Origin: Escherichia phage ECML-183-2
Sequence record: OL631481.1
Strand: one strand, 5' to 3'
Length of the DNA stretch: 64,000 bases
Shown: positions 33,677-43,971 of the stretch, piece after piece
How the letters are laid out: each line of letters opens with the position of its first letter
Numbering within the stretch: the stretch's first letter is position 1
Position numbers and translations under genes: made by a program
The notes under the pieces: model-generated
Seen by the model: only the letters and a program-made list of their open reading frames with translations
What the model was told of the DNA's origin: nothing
Databases searched by the model: none

Positions 33677-33942
33677 GTAAAACTTCTGTTGAGTTTATCG
33701 AGAAATCCCCTGTTCCAAAGTTATACCGTTTATCTGAAATTGAACCTATGTCTGTTTTCTACTATTACATTGCAGAAGTAGATGAACAAGAACGGGAATA
33801 CTATTTGGCTACAGATACAGGTGCAGTGTGCTTAACAGGTTCTCGTGCAGGAGAATACATTGTGAATAGTCGTTTTAATGAAGCAGACTCCTGTTGGGCT
33901 AAGGTTGAAACTAAGATTGTCATCAACATCACCAATCATTAA
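33673..33942 (+). CDS. hypothetical protein (89 aa)
   Basis: AGGAGAAAA RBS. Confidence 0.5.
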   Translation: MSKTSVEFIEKSPVPKLYRLSEIEPMSVFYYYIAEVDEQEREYYLATDTGAVCLTGSRAGEYIVNSRFNEADSCWAKVETKIVINITNH

Positions 33943-33964
33943 GACTAATCTGACAAAGAGTTAC

Positions 33965-33994
33965 TTGACATGTGCAAAGCTCTTTGTGTAGAAT
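33965..33994 (+). promoter_or_regulatory. sigma70-like promoter
   Basis: TTGACA-N18-TAGAAT. Confidence 0.5.
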
Positions 33995-34024
33995 AAAGAT
34001 TCACTTACTAAGGAGATTTTATAA

Positions 34025-34222
34025 ATGGCTACAAAGAAACAGAAAATGAAATGTCTTACTCTCACTGAACTGGGTCAAGCTTCCAACTGCGTTACTGTTG
34101 GTAAGATTTATTCTACAGTTCTTGATAAAGACAACAACAGTTTTACTTTCAAAGATGATAACGGAAACCCTCAAGTTGGAATCTACCCTTCCTGTGCTTT
34201 TGGTACTTGGGAAAAAGTTTAA
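34025..34222 (+). CDS. hypothetical protein (65 aa)
   Basis: AAGGAGA RBS. Confidence 0.5.
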   Translation: MATKKQKMKCLTLTELGQASNCVTVGKIYSTVLDKDNNSFTFKDDNGNPQVGIYPSCAFGTWEKV

Positions 34223-34241
34223 TTAACTGATCGGAGGGAGT

Positions 34242-34415
34242 ATGCAAGACAAGAAAAACAATGTTCGTTATGCTTTGTACGGACGTATGGGCGTAGACTG
34301 TGAATGGAGACTTCTGTTACAGCGTATTCCCTCTTATCAAGAAGCTATGACGAAGCGAGAACATTATAAGAAGACGTGGAGACACGTTGTTTGCAAACAT
34401 TACGAGGAGGCATGA
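34242..34415 (+). CDS. small basic protein (57 aa)
   Basis: GGAGGGAG RBS; hand-translated MQDKKNNVRYALYGRMGVDCEWR... Confidence 0.4.
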   Translation: MQDKKNNVRYALYGRMGVDCEWRLLLQRIPSYQEAMTKREHYKKTWRHVVCKHYEEA

Positions 34416-34723
34416 TGAGCACATTATCAACAGCAGTCAAGTTCCACCAGGATTATGAAGAAGCTGTCAAAGATGCTGACAATCCTTCCTCATTAGTGTT
34501 TGAGGATCGTACAGGTTTGAAGTGGGTTAAATCTTTCGATGAGATCTATTTCTGGTATCCGCAGGGAGCCACAAGCGATAGTTCTCTGTATAGCTACGAA
34601 CTGGAATACCGTGGCCCTGTAGACGAAGATGAAAACTTTATCATGTATTTCGTAAATAATGGTTGCGGTGAAACGTTTAATGTTGTATTCTCTAAAGCAG
34701 ATGAGTCTGACGAGGAGGTGTAA
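34412..34723 (+). CDS. tandem-paralog protein 1 (103 aa)
   Basis: GAGGAGG RBS; shares FIM..VN.G.GE...VVF motif with 34723-35028. Confidence 0.5.
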   Translation: MMSTLSTAVKFHQDYEEAVKDADNPSSLVFEDRTGLKWVKSFDEIYFWYPQGATSDSSLYSYELEYRGPVDEDENFIMYFVNNGCGETFNVVFSKADESDEEV

Positions 34724-35028
34724 TGTTGTATAATCCGACTTTAAGCTTGGCAGTTGCAGCCCACATGCTGTACAATGATTCTGTGAAGGATGAGTTGTCG
34801 CCTGTGAGTTTAGCTTTCTATCTGATAGACAGGGATTGGATGTTCTCTGGTGAGGATGAAATCTACTACGTAAATTCACGAGGTTTTATTGAAAGTTTTG
34901 AACTTGAACATCGCGCACCAACAGCAGAAGATGATCGTTTTATTATGTTCTGTGTAAATGATGGTTACGGAGAGGTATATGACGTAGTATTCTTCAAAAA
35001 CCGACAGAAGACTGAAGAGGAATTCTAA
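34723..35028 (+). CDS. tandem-paralog protein 2 (101 aa)
   Basis: TAATG overlap; paralog of 34412-34723. Confidence 0.5.
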   Translation: MLYNPTLSLAVAAHMLYNDSVKDELSPVSLAFYLIDRDWMFSGEDEIYYVNSRGFIESFELEHRAPTAEDDRFIMFCVNDGYGEVYDVVFFKNRQKTEEEF

Positions 35029-35391
35029 ATGAAAAGGCTACTTTGTGTCCTGATGTTGATGATTGCCACCAATGCTACAGCCGCCCGTGATGGTTTCAAG
35101 ATTGGGGTGGAAGGTAGCCAATTCTTCACTTGGTATGGTGGTGAAGCTGTCTACCAGGTGGATGATAAAAAGTATAACTGCAAGTTTGATCGTATAGATC
35201 GTGGAGTGGATAATTGGGGTGACGCTTACAAAGCCACAGGTTTCTATTGCACAAAAGATTTATATATTACAGTCAAAGAACCACAAGACAATAGAAAGGT
35301 GTTGTTCATTGTGGTAAACCCTGCTAAATTTGAAGAACGTAAAGCTTACTATGCAGATATGTTCATTGAATACAAAAAGGAGGAAAAATGA
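35029..35391 (+). CDS. secreted protein with signal peptide (120 aa)
   Basis: MKRLLCVLMLMIATNATAA N-terminus. Confidence 0.5.
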   Translation: MKRLLCVLMLMIATNATAARDGFKIGVEGSQFFTWYGGEAVYQVDDKKYNCKFDRIDRGVDNWGDAYKATGFYCTKDLYITVKEPQDNRKVLFIVVNPAKFEERKAYYADMFIEYKKEEK

Positions 35392-35750
35392 GAGAAACAA
35401 TCGTAGATGTTGTTATTAATGGTCAACGTTATGTGCCTGTTGTAGAGAAAGCTGAACCAGACGCTTTAGATGTTGTTTTTGAAGACGATGATCTTGGAAC
35501 TGTTACTGTGCGTGAATATTTCAGACGACTGCTCTCTACACTTTGGGAAGAAGAAGATAGTTTCAGTGGTAAACGTCCATTCGGTAACTCTTGCTGGCAG
35601 TTTGATTTGATTATCGGTTTGATCGATGCTGGTTATCTGGAGGGTAAAGTTTATCGTGATGAAGATGGTGGTATAGAAGATACCGACTATGATCGTGAAG
35701 AAGCAGATAAACTCATCCAAGGTCTGATCGCACGTATGTGTTTAGGTTAA
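35388..35750 (+). CDS. hypothetical acidic protein (120 aa)
   Basis: AAAAGGAGGAAAA RBS. Confidence 0.5.
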   Translation: MRETIVDVVINGQRYVPVVEKAEPDALDVVFEDDDLGTVTVREYFRRLLSTLWEEEDSFSGKRPFGNSCWQFDLIIGLIDAGYLEGKVYRDEDGGIEDTDYDREEADKLIQGLIARMCLG

Positions 35751-35751
35751 T

Positions 35752-36120
35752 ATGAAGGTATTAAACTTTTACCATTTAGGCAAAACAATCCCAGAAGGTG
35801 CTGTTTATATTGGTAGAGCTATGCCTCACATGGGGCTAAAAGCCTCCAAGTTCGCAAATCCTTTTAAGTTAAAAGAGGATGAACCACGAGGATCAACTAT
35901 ACAAAGGTATAAAGAGTGGTTGTGGGAGCAAATTCGTTGTGGTAAGATCACTCTTGAAGATTTATTAGAGTTAGAAGGGAAAGATTTAGTTTGCTTCTGC
36001 TCACCTCAACCTTGTCATGGAGATGTATTGGTAGCAGCCGTAGCTTGGGCTAGAAAAGAGTGGGACAAAAGGCATCCTACTTATGTAGACAATTATTGGA
36101 TTTGGGAGGAGAATTTTTGA
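35752..36120 (+). CDS. hypothetical protein (122 aa)
   Basis: ORF in operon; no family assigned with confidence. Confidence 0.45.
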   Translation: MKVLNFYHLGKTIPEGAVYIGRAMPHMGLKASKFANPFKLKEDEPRGSTIQRYKEWLWEQIRCGKITLEDLLELEGKDLVCFCSPQPCHGDVLVAAVAWARKEWDKRHPTYVDNYWIWEENF

Positions 36121-36470
36121 AAAATATTATTGATGTAGATGTGTTTGGTATCACAACACTACAAGACAAACAAGCAACATTGTATTATCATAAAAAAGAG
36201 GACCAAGCTTACATCTACATCGGGGCAGAAAAGTTTGGTGTCGGAGATATGGTTTTAAATGTTGAAGGAGATCTTCCTTTAGAACAAAAGTTGAAAGTTT
36301 TTCGTTTCACAGGAGATGTTAAACTAGACGGCGTTATCGCAATCCTACAAGAAGACCATTATTATATGGTAACTTTCGTTACTCCTGCTTTCTCTGGCCT
36401 TAATGGAGAAGACGCTCTTAATGATGTTATTATCTTAAAGATTGGTAATGCTCTAAACGATGTAAACTAA
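36117..36470 (+). CDS. hypothetical protein (118 aa)
   Basis: TTG start after GGGAGGAG RBS, overlapping upstream stop. Confidence 0.4.
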   Translation: MKNIIDVDVFGITTLQDKQATLYYHKKEDQAYIYIGAEKFGVGDMVLNVEGDLPLEQKLKVFRFTGDVKLDGVIAILQEDHYYMVTFVTPAFSGLNGEDALNDVIILKIGNALNDVN

Positions 36471-36483
36471 AGGGGGAGTGAGT

Positions 36484-36993
36484 ATGTTCTTTGATGCAAA
36501 TTCTCTTTTTGTATCTACAGCAGGGCAGTCTGCTGTTAATGCAGAATTTGAGGAAAGAGAAGAATGGATTGATAATCACAACTACGATCCAGGTAATTTA
36601 AACTGGTGCAGTTTGGATGTTGGTAATCTTAGTCGAGATAATGCACTTAGAGCATACTACTCTGTATATACTGTTGACAATCTTTATCAATACTACGTGT
36701 TTCGTAGTCTTATTGTTAATCTTAATTTAGCTGGACGTTTAAAGAACAATAAGGCATTCACATTGGGACATTATATTCCCTTCCGTAAAGGGGGTGTGCA
36801 TTTTCCATGTAATTGGATCATTCAAACACGAAAAGAAAACAGTTTAGCAGGAGACACCATGCCAAGATTTAAAGATAAGTGGACATGGGAAAAACAAATG
36901 GGATACATTAATGCACATTTGCCACCTAATCTAAAAGAACCTTACGCCAGCAGAGCTAAGGAAATGATGAGGATTGTCAAGAGTTTTTATTAA
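36484..36993 (+). CDS. HNH endonuclease
   Basis: GHYIPFRKGGVHFPCNWIIQTRKEN fits the HNH H..P..GG...N....N pattern. Confidence 0.6.
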   Translation: MFFDANSLFVSTAGQSAVNAEFEEREEWIDNHNYDPGNLNWCSLDVGNLSRDNALRAYYSVYTVDNLYQYYVFRSLIVNLNLAGRLKNNKAFTLGHYIPFRKGGVHFPCNWIIQTRKENSLAGDTMPRFKDKWTWEKQMGYINAHLPPNLKEPYASRAKEMMRIVKSFY

Positions 36994-37007
36994 GAGAGGA
37001 GAAATAC

Positions 37008-38600
37008 GTGTCTACACAATTGAGTTTTACACCTACCGATGAACAATACGCTATTGAAAGTGGGTATCAAGAAAATCGTTTCGTTACAATTCAAGCTAAA
37101 TCTGGATCAGGTAAAACGTCAACACTGTATATGTTGGCTAATGGCACAAATGATAGTATTCTATACTTGGCGTTTAACAAAAGTATGGCAGAGGAAGCTC
37201 GACGTAAAATGCCGCCTAATGTTATGTGCCGAACGCTACATTCAATCTGTTACCAGCGTCTTCCACAAAACCTTCGACACAAATTGTCTCGTCCAGAAGG
37301 TCAATATGTTAACGTAGCTGGAACTGGTAGTGAGATTGCCAAAAAATTCAAGATTCAGAATTTGATTGATAAGAATGGTAAAGTGCTACTGACTCGTGCA
37401 ATGATCGGGTTAATGGTAAAACAAACTTTAGCTAAATATGAGTTTTCTGACGATGAACATATTGGACATAAACATTTTCCTAAAGTGCATATGTCAGATC
37501 TTAAACGTAAGAACATCAACGAACAAAAACTTATTAATGAAGTTGTTAAATATGCGAAGCAACTTTGGCGTGAGCGTATTGATCCTAAATCAGAAACCAT
37601 TATGACTCATGACACCTATGTGAAACTCTTTGAATTGAGTAAAGAAGATTTAGGATACGATATTATTTTTGGAGATGAATTCCAGGATGTTAACCCTGCA
37701 TTCCTGTCTATCCTTCGCAATGCTAAATCGGCTAAACGTATTGTTGTTGTGGGTGATGAATTTCAGAGTATTTATCAGTTCCGTGGAAGCCAGAACATGA
37801 TGAAGCAAACGGCTACATATGGGGTTGAGTTGCCTCTGACAGCTTGTTTTCGCTTTGGTCCTAAAGTTGCGGACATTGCCAATGCGATCCTTTCTGATCG
37901 CTCACCTCTGAAGCATCCGCTGGTAGGCAAAGGTTATGATACTGTCACTGGAAGTTTTCATTCTGATGTGGTAGATTATAGTAAACCTTACACCATTATT
38001 TTCCGTAAGAATTTGACCCTGTTGCTCGAAGCTATGGATCGAATCGCTAACGGAGAAGAGATTATTATTAACGTAGATACCAAAGATTTCATTTCTATGG
38101 TTGATAGTGTTAATGCTTTACGTAGAGGTGATTTGGACAAAGTTAAGCATGAGACAGTTCTACCTTACACTTCTTGGGAAGAATTTGTAGAGTGTGCAGA
38201 ATCAGATCCTGATGCAAAACGACTTTTAAACATTGTTGTTTCTGGTAAAGCTAATAATATTGCATACACTTTACGTATGCACCGTAACTCTCCAACGGCT
38301 AAAGTTACTTTAACTACGGCCCATAAATCAAAAGGTTTGGAGTGGGATCAGGTTATTGTTGCAAATGACTTTCCTTCTAATTATGATAAGAAGGGTGAGT
38401 GGGTAGGTCTTGAAGAATCAGAACGAAATCTTCTGTATGTTGCACATACACGTTGTATTAAATGTCTACAATGGAACCGGACTGTTCAAGAGATTCTAGA
38501 CATGCATCGTTTAGGTAAGAGCACGGCTCCTGTATCCGAAGAAGATAAACTTATAGCTGCCCTTGCTCGTAAGATTAATCAAATCAGAGAGGATCGTTAA
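37008..38600 (+). CDS. SF1 DNA helicase (UvrD/Rep-like)
   Basis: GTG start; Walker A GSGKTST, motif II IFGDEFQD, motif III VVGDEFQSIYQFRGS. Confidence 0.75.
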   Translation: MSTQLSFTPTDEQYAIESGYQENRFVTIQAKSGSGKTSTLYMLANGTNDSILYLAFNKSMAEEARRKMPPNVMCRTLHSICYQRLPQNLRHKLSRPEGQYVNVAGTGSEIAKKFKIQNLIDKNGKVLLTRAMIGLMVKQTLAKYEFSDDEHIGHKHFPKVHMSDLKRKNINEQKLINEVVKYAKQLWRERIDPKSETIMTHDTYVKLFELSKEDLGYDIIFGDEFQDVNPAFLSILRNAKSAKRIVVVGDEFQSIYQFRGSQNMMKQTATYGVELPLTACFRFGPKVADIANAILSDRSPLKHPLVGKGYDTVTGSFHSDVVDYSKPYTIIFRKNLTLLLEAMDRIANGEEIIINVDTKDFISMVDSVNALRRGDLDKVKHETVLPYTSWEEFVECAESDPDAKRLLNIVVSGKANNIAYTLRMHRNSPTAKVTLTTAHKSKGLEWDQVIVANDFPSNYDKKGEWVGLEESERNLLYVAHTRCIKCLQWNRTVQEILDMHRLGKSTAPVSEEDKLIAALARKINQIREDR

Positions 38601-38852
38601 ATGGCAGGGTATCACATAACAGACATTAAGAAACAACCTTATGGCAGCATAGAAAAGATTAAAGAGGAAGTAGAAGAACTTTTTGATGCTGTTGAACAGG
38701 ATTGCAAAATAATGCAACTTGTTGAATTATCAGATATTATAGGGGCTGTTGAAGGAGTTTTAGAACAACAGTTCCCAGATATGACTTTACAAGATTTAAT
38801 CATTATGTCCGGCATTACTAAACGCGCTTTCCGCACAGGAGGAAGATCATGA
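38601..38852 (+). CDS. MazG-like nucleotide pyrophosphohydrolase (small all-alpha type)
   Basis: EEVEEL...ELSDIIGAVEGVLEQ pattern; 83 aa. Confidence 0.45.
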   Translation: MAGYHITDIKKQPYGSIEKIKEEVEELFDAVEQDCKIMQLVELSDIIGAVEGVLEQQFPDMTLQDLIIMSGITKRAFRTGGRS

Positions 38853-39403
38853 ACGTAGCTGTTATTGCTCAAGCTATTGATTACTACGGGCGATTTGCGG
38901 AGATGTTGGAAGTCCCTTATCTTGTAGATGCGGATATCCTTGCATATACATTACCAGAAGGTAAAGAGGATCGCCCCTTGGGGCATCCTAATGGTAAGTT
39001 CTACGTAGCCAGTGCAGAGCAGTCTTTCCTCCAGATGGAGAAAGATGGGTTTGAATTTTCAACAGATCATCCTTATATGGCTCTAACACCTTGCTACCGA
39101 ACAGAAGAAGAGTTGGATGATGCTCATTTTAACATTTTCTTAAAGTTGGAAATTATTGAGTTTTATCCAGGAGCGTCCGTCAAAGAATATGCCGAAACTA
39201 TGCGCTATTTCTTTTGGACGTATTACAAAGTTCAAACTCAAATCATAGAGACAGATATTGGTCTTGACGTGGAAGATATGTATGGGTTAGAATTAGGTTC
39301 GTTTGGGATGAGAACTTCTCCACAAGGTCATCCATATTTATACGCCACTGGTATCGCAGAGCCTAGGGCATCTATTGCAATAAAACGAGGAGGGTTATTA
39401 TGA
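38849..39403 (+). CDS. hypothetical protein (184 aa)
   Basis: CAGGAGGAAG RBS. Confidence 0.5.
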   Translation: MNVAVIAQAIDYYGRFAEMLEVPYLVDADILAYTLPEGKEDRPLGHPNGKFYVASAEQSFLQMEKDGFEFSTDHPYMALTPCYRTEEELDDAHFNIFLKLEIIEFYPGASVKEYAETMRYFFWTYYKVQTQIIETDIGLDVEDMYGLELGSFGMRTSPQGHPYLYATGIAEPRASIAIKRGGLL

Positions 39404-40761
39404 ATGTATATGCACATAAGCAAGATTTGGTAACAGCGGCAAACAATCGGGGCTTGTTCGATAGGCTTTGCAAAGCTATTGAGATTGCATATGGTTGGAC
39501 TAAAGAGACAGATCCTAAACTTACAGGACAATATGCTCTTTTACACGGTTGCACAAATTTTCCATACATCTGTCACACAGTCGGGACCGATGAATTTTCT
39601 GGAGAGCCGACAATAGGAGATAATGAACTACGTTTTACAGGAGATGCAATGCTAGATTTAATTTTTAAGAAAACTAAAATGCTAAAAATTGAAGATGTTT
39701 ACACAGACACTAGTAACCTTTCTGAAGAAGAAATTGGAGAAATGATTACTACTTTCAATAATACAACAGGGAAGAGTTTTTGGACTAAAAGCGATGCTTC
39801 CCGTCTTAAACGAGTAGACCCTGCTATTCCAGAAGACGGTAAGAAGTATCGAAAAGTTATCTTTTACGATAAAATGGCAGGTCTGGATGCTCTACATCTT
39901 GAGTGTGGAAGCCTTGTGCCTCCGGCTGTTAGAGAACATGAATTTGCAGTTGAGGTTGAAGCACAGGAGTTTAAAGATATGTTTTATACTAAGCATGTAA
40001 GAAAAGTGGAAGATGTGGAACAACAAAAAGAGACTTTTGAACCAGAAGACACAGAGCCTACCTATATTCCTAATACAGGTGTTATGCCTTCAGAAGATTT
40101 CGTGCAGGTTCGCTTCAACAACGGTAAAACAGAGGTTGCTAAGGGGACAGTATTCAACTGGAGTGTTGACAATAATCACGATCTGGAAGAATGGGCGATT
40201 AAAGAATACTTCATTCTCCCGCGCACGGCAAAATACAACTATCATAATGGTGGACACCGCCCTTGTGGTGGTCACGTAGAAGTTCTCTTCCGTGACGGAA
40301 CTACGGATAGTGGATCGGCTACGCATTTCACTTGGGGTCATCATGAACAGGATCGGGATATTGTTGGTTGGCTTCCAACTAACAACCCTAAACCACGTTA
40401 CCGCAAGCGTCGTCAGAAGCCGCCAGTAGGTAAGAAGAGTGTCGTTCGTGTCCTCTACACTACACAACAGACCTACACATTTAAAAATGTGGTAGACGTG
40501 CAAGTGACTGAGGAGCGAGTTTATATCCAATATGATCGTGAAGTTACAGAGGGTATCAAAGAATCGGTTACTACCGAAATTGAAAATAAGCTTGTTATGG
40601 CGATCATTGTGGAAGAAAGTAAAGTAGAGAACGGTAAAGCCTACACTGTTCGTGATAGCTTCTTGCGTAATATCGATGGAACTTGGGATTATAATGGACA
40701 TGATGGGACCGCTGTAAAGAACGGTAAGATTATGGGAAGACAATTCCTCTCCAAACGATAA
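39400..40761 (+). CDS. hypothetical protein (453 aa)
   Basis: long ORF; GAGGAGGG RBS; no recognised motif. Confidence 0.55.
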   Translation: MNVYAHKQDLVTAANNRGLFDRLCKAIEIAYGWTKETDPKLTGQYALLHGCTNFPYICHTVGTDEFSGEPTIGDNELRFTGDAMLDLIFKKTKMLKIEDVYTDTSNLSEEEIGEMITTFNNTTGKSFWTKSDASRLKRVDPAIPEDGKKYRKVIFYDKMAGLDALHLECGSLVPPAVREHEFAVEVEAQEFKDMFYTKHVRKVEDVEQQKETFEPEDTEPTYIPNTGVMPSEDFVQVRFNNGKTEVAKGTVFNWSVDNNHDLEEWAIKEYFILPRTAKYNYHNGGHRPCGGHVEVLFRDGTTDSGSATHFTWGHHEQDRDIVGWLPTNNPKPRYRKRRQKPPVGKKSVVRVLYTTQQTYTFKNVVDVQVTEERVYIQYDREVTEGIKESVTTEIENKLVMAIIVEESKVENGKAYTVRDSFLRNIDGTWDYNGHDGTAVKNGKIMGRQFLSKR

Positions 40762-40767
40762 AACTTA

Positions 40768-40792
40768 AAGGCGCACTTTGCGCCTTTTTTTG
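40768..40792 (+). terminator. rho-independent terminator
   Basis: GGCGC-acttt-GCGCC hairpin followed by seven T. Confidence 0.7.
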
Positions 40793-40862
40793 ATTTTACT
40801 CAAAGCTTTTTTCGGTTGGAAGAGGTAGAATAATAGTTCTACTCACAAAATAAGGATTAATA

Positions 40863-42677
40863 ATGAAAGATTTGTACCAAGATGTTTTTTCTTTTTTAGA
40901 TCGTACTTCAGAAACATACACTAGAGAGAATGCAAACAAACCTTCCCACCTCGTTAACACGCATAGGGATCTCTTGGCGGGGATTTTAAGCAAACATATG
41001 GCAATGACACAGATACTGCCAAAAAACTTGTCAGAGTGGCATACAGAAGGTTTTGGACATATTCACGACTTGGATTATCTACTCTCTCCTCTTACAAACT
41101 GTTGTCTTGTTAATTATCAAGATATGTTAGAGAATGGTTTTAAGATCGGAGCCGCACAGATAGAAAAACCAAAATCTATTGGGGTAGCTACCACAGTACT
41201 AACTCAAATTATCCAAGCTGTTGCCTCCAGTCAGTATGGAGGTCAGACGTGTGCGCACATTGATAAAGGTCTTAGTCCTTATGTTGAAGCTAGTTTCCTT
41301 AAAAACATGGAGATAACCAAACGTCGCTACGGTTGTTATGCAAGGAAAGAAGCCCTAGAAATGACCGAACAAGATGTATATGATGCTATGCAAACTCTCT
41401 TGTATCAGGTTAATACTTTAATGAGTGTTAATGGACAATCTCCTTTTATTACAATCAGTATGGGTCTGGATACCTCTGTTTTTGGCAGAATGATCACAGC
41501 TAACTATCTTAAAGTGCATAGTAACGGTCTAGGCAAAGATCATGTAACACCTGTATTCCCTAAAGTTATTTTCTTTTTACAAGAAGGTGTTAACATGAAA
41601 CCTAGTGATCCTAATTATGACCTTAAGCAACAAGCTTTGGCATGTTGTGCTGATCGTATTTATCCAGATTTTATTTCTGTTCCTTTGAACAAAGAAGTTA
41701 CGGGATCAGCAGATGGTACTGTTACGAGTATGGGTTGTCGTTCCTTTTTGTCGTACTATGCCACCGAACAAGGAGAAAAATATGATGGACGATTCAACCT
41801 TGGAGTAGTTTCTATCAATTTACCTCTGATGGCTGCGGAAGCGAGAAGTAAAGGAGAATCTTTCACCGACCTCCTTAATAAACATATGGAGATAGCCTAC
41901 GATGCTCACATGTTACGTGTAAACCGTATTAGGCATACCAAAGCATCTGAAAACCCTATTCTTTTCATGGAAGGGGCTTTAGCGCGTTTAAATGCCAATG
42001 ATGAAATTGGTGTTTTGTTTGAAGGTGGTTATGCTTCTATTAGTATTGGTTATGTAGGTCTTGCCGAAGCTTTGGAAATCCTTTATCCAGAAGAAAAAGA
42101 TAAAAAGGAACTTGGTAAAAGCATTCTGCAACATATGAAAGATGTGTGTGCTGTGTTTAAAGAACGATCTAATTTGGCGTTTAGTCTTTATGGAACTCCA
42201 GCAGAATCCTTGTGCTATAAGTTTGCAACAGCTTTAAATGAAAAATACCCAGGTTTGGTAGAAAGAGACTATCTTACCAACTCTTTTCACCAACCTGTAT
42301 GGTTGGTAACAAATCCTTTTGAAAAATGGGATTATGAAGCAGGTTTTGCACAGATTAGCAATGGTGGTAACATAAGTTATGTCGAAACACCAAACTTAAA
42401 GAATAACTTAGAAGCTTTGGAGACTTTAGTGGACTACGCTTATGAACATATTCACTATTTTGGTATTAATCAGCCCGTGGATCAATGCTTTAAGTGTGGT
42501 TTTCATGGAGAATTTAAGGCAACGGCTAAAGGGTTTGAGTGTCCTGATTGTGGCAACCATGAAGAAGAAACTATTTCTGTAGTTAGACGTGTGTCAGGGT
42601 ATCTTTCTGCCCCTAATTCACGCCCTTACAACAAAGGTAAAATGCAGGAAGTTTTGCAAAGGGAGAAACATCTTTGA
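40863..42677 (+). CDS. nrdD: anaerobic ribonucleoside-triphosphate reductase (class III)
   Basis: 604 aa; C-terminal Zn-ribbon CFKCG...CPDCG and glycyl-radical motif RRVSGYLS; followed by activase gene. Confidence 0.8.
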   Translation: MKDLYQDVFSFLDRTSETYTRENANKPSHLVNTHRDLLAGILSKHMAMTQILPKNLSEWHTEGFGHIHDLDYLLSPLTNCCLVNYQDMLENGFKIGAAQIEKPKSIGVATTVLTQIIQAVASSQYGGQTCAHIDKGLSPYVEASFLKNMEITKRRYGCYARKEALEMTEQDVYDAMQTLLYQVNTLMSVNGQSPFITISMGLDTSVFGRMITANYLKVHSNGLGKDHVTPVFPKVIFFLQEGVNMKPSDPNYDLKQQALACCADRIYPDFISVPLNKEVTGSADGTVTSMGCRSFLSYYATEQGEKYDGRFNLGVVSINLPLMAAEARSKGESFTDLLNKHMEIAYDAHMLRVNRIRHTKASENPILFMEGALARLNANDEIGVLFEGGYASISIGYVGLAEALEILYPEEKDKKELGKSILQHMKDVCAVFKERSNLAFSLYGTPAESLCYKFATALNEKYPGLVERDYLTNSFHQPVWLVTNPFEKWDYEAGFAQISNGGNISYVETPNLKNNLEALETLVDYAYEHIHYFGINQPVDQCFKCGFHGEFKATAKGFECPDCGNHEEETISVVRRVSGYLSAPNSRPYNKGKMQEVLQREKHL

Positions 42678-43144
42678 ATTTTGCAGGATATGAACCTGTA
42701 GATCTTATTAATGGTGAGGGAGTTAGGTGCTCCCTCTGGGTTAGTGGTTGTAGCCACGGTTGTCGTGGCTGTTTTAACCAAAAAGCCTGGTCTTATTCTT
42801 ATGGGAAACCGTTTACTGACGAAAATGTAGAGCAAGTTTTAAAAGATTTGTCAAGACCGTTTGTAAAAGGTTTAACAATTTTAGGAGGAGAACCATTAGA
42901 TCCGCAGAATATTCACAATGTTAAAAGCCTTATAGAAAAGGTTAGAGACGTTTATGGGTCAAGCAAAGATATAATGGTGTATACAGGATATACTTTTGAG
43001 GAAGTGCCTTTGTATATTAAAAATCTTGTTGACATTATTGTAGACGGAAAGTACGAAATAAACAATCCAACTACAAAACCTTTCAGAGGGTCAGATAATC
43101 AAAGATTATGGACCAAAACGGCAAGTGGTTGGCAATCAGATTAA
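42674..43144 (+). CDS. nrdG: anaerobic RNR activating protein (radical SAM)
   Basis: CSHGCRGC radical-SAM cysteine motif; TTG start overlapping nrdD stop. Confidence 0.75.
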   Translation: MNFAGYEPVDLINGEGVRCSLWVSGCSHGCRGCFNQKAWSYSYGKPFTDENVEQVLKDLSRPFVKGLTILGGEPLDPQNIHNVKSLIEKVRDVYGSSKDIMVYTGYTFEEVPLYIKNLVDIIVDGKYEINNPTTKPFRGSDNQRLWTKTASGWQSD

Positions 43145-43157
43145 CTTAGGAGGTTTC

Positions 43158-43349
43158 ATGGTTACATATTTTGCTGTAGGAGATAGAGTAGGGACGGCAG
43201 GAGAACTGTTGAAGAACAGTAATCGGGACGTTAAGGAGATTCTTGCAACCCTTGTGGATATTTTACAAAGAAAAGAGTTGCTTTCTGATCGAGATGTTGC
43301 TAAATTACTTGATATCGGAGGAGATGAACTTCAAAGACTTCCATTTTAA
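43158..43349 (+). CDS. hypothetical protein (63 aa)
   Basis: AGGAGG RBS. Confidence 0.45.
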   Translation: MVTYFAVGDRVGTAGELLKNSNRDVKEILATLVDILQRKELLSDRDVAKLLDIGGDELQRLPF

Positions 43350-43364
43350 GTGAGGAGATAAGTA

Positions 43365-43970
43365 ATGCAACATAGTGTAGTAGTCAACATGCCGAACAGC
43401 GGGGATAAATCTTTTGGTGTCCCTGCTAAAAAAGTGTGGAAAGCCCATTTTCATCTTACTTTATCTAACGTTAGTTCTGAAGAGTTGATGAAAGCAGCTA
43501 AGATTATTGGTGCCAAATGCACAACAATTGATTTACATCGGGATACAAAGTCTCAACGTGATCGTATGTTAACAAAGTATCAAAGCGATTTCGACACTAC
43601 TTTAATGTTGCAGTGTGTAGAAAAACTTGAGAATGCAGGTTTCAATGTTGTTCGTTACAAACTGGAACGAATGTTTAAACATGTTGCCTGTGTTCTTTTC
43701 ATGGATCTAAGCAAAGAAAATTATGGAGAAGTTCACATTAAGACTTCAGCAAGTGATCCCGAAGTAGAAACAAACTTCTTCCGTATTTCTTCTAATGCTG
43801 AAGAAATTGATTACCGATTTTATAATGCTCGCTTATATTCCGCAGAAGACAAGTTGCGTTTCAATGAAGCATATGATATGCTCTTGAACAGTGGGATACA
43901 GATAAAAGGCTACCACATAGAACAAGTTGTGGTAGACAGTAATCTTAACTTAGACGCATGGTGGGCTTAA
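43365..43970 (+). CDS. hypothetical protein (201 aa); weak 2H-phosphoesterase-like hint
   Basis: GAGGAGA RBS; single H-x-T-x motif (HFHLTL) only. Confidence 0.5.
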   Translation: MQHSVVVNMPNSGDKSFGVPAKKVWKAHFHLTLSNVSSEELMKAAKIIGAKCTTIDLHRDTKSQRDRMLTKYQSDFDTTLMLQCVEKLENAGFNVVRYKLERMFKHVACVLFMDLSKENYGEVHIKTSASDPEVETNFFRISSNAEEIDYRFYNARLYSAEDKLRFNEAYDMLLNSGIQIKGYHIEQVVVDSNLNLDAWWA

Positions 43971-43971
43971 T

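Noticed and set aside
40090-40743. Antisense ORFs embedded in confidently called genes (40090-40743 minus, 44909-45439 minus, 53173-53727 minus, 31592-32029 minus, 10299-11123 plus, 27238-27510 minus)
   Set aside because: They lie opposite genes with strong motifs or RBSs, lack their own RBS and promoter, and are the expected stop-free antisense frames of AT-rich coding DNA.
43365-43970. 2H phosphoesterase (LigT-like) assignment for ORF 43365-43970
   Set aside because: Only one clear H-x-T-x motif (HFHLTL) was found; the second required motif is not evident, so the ORF is left hypothetical.
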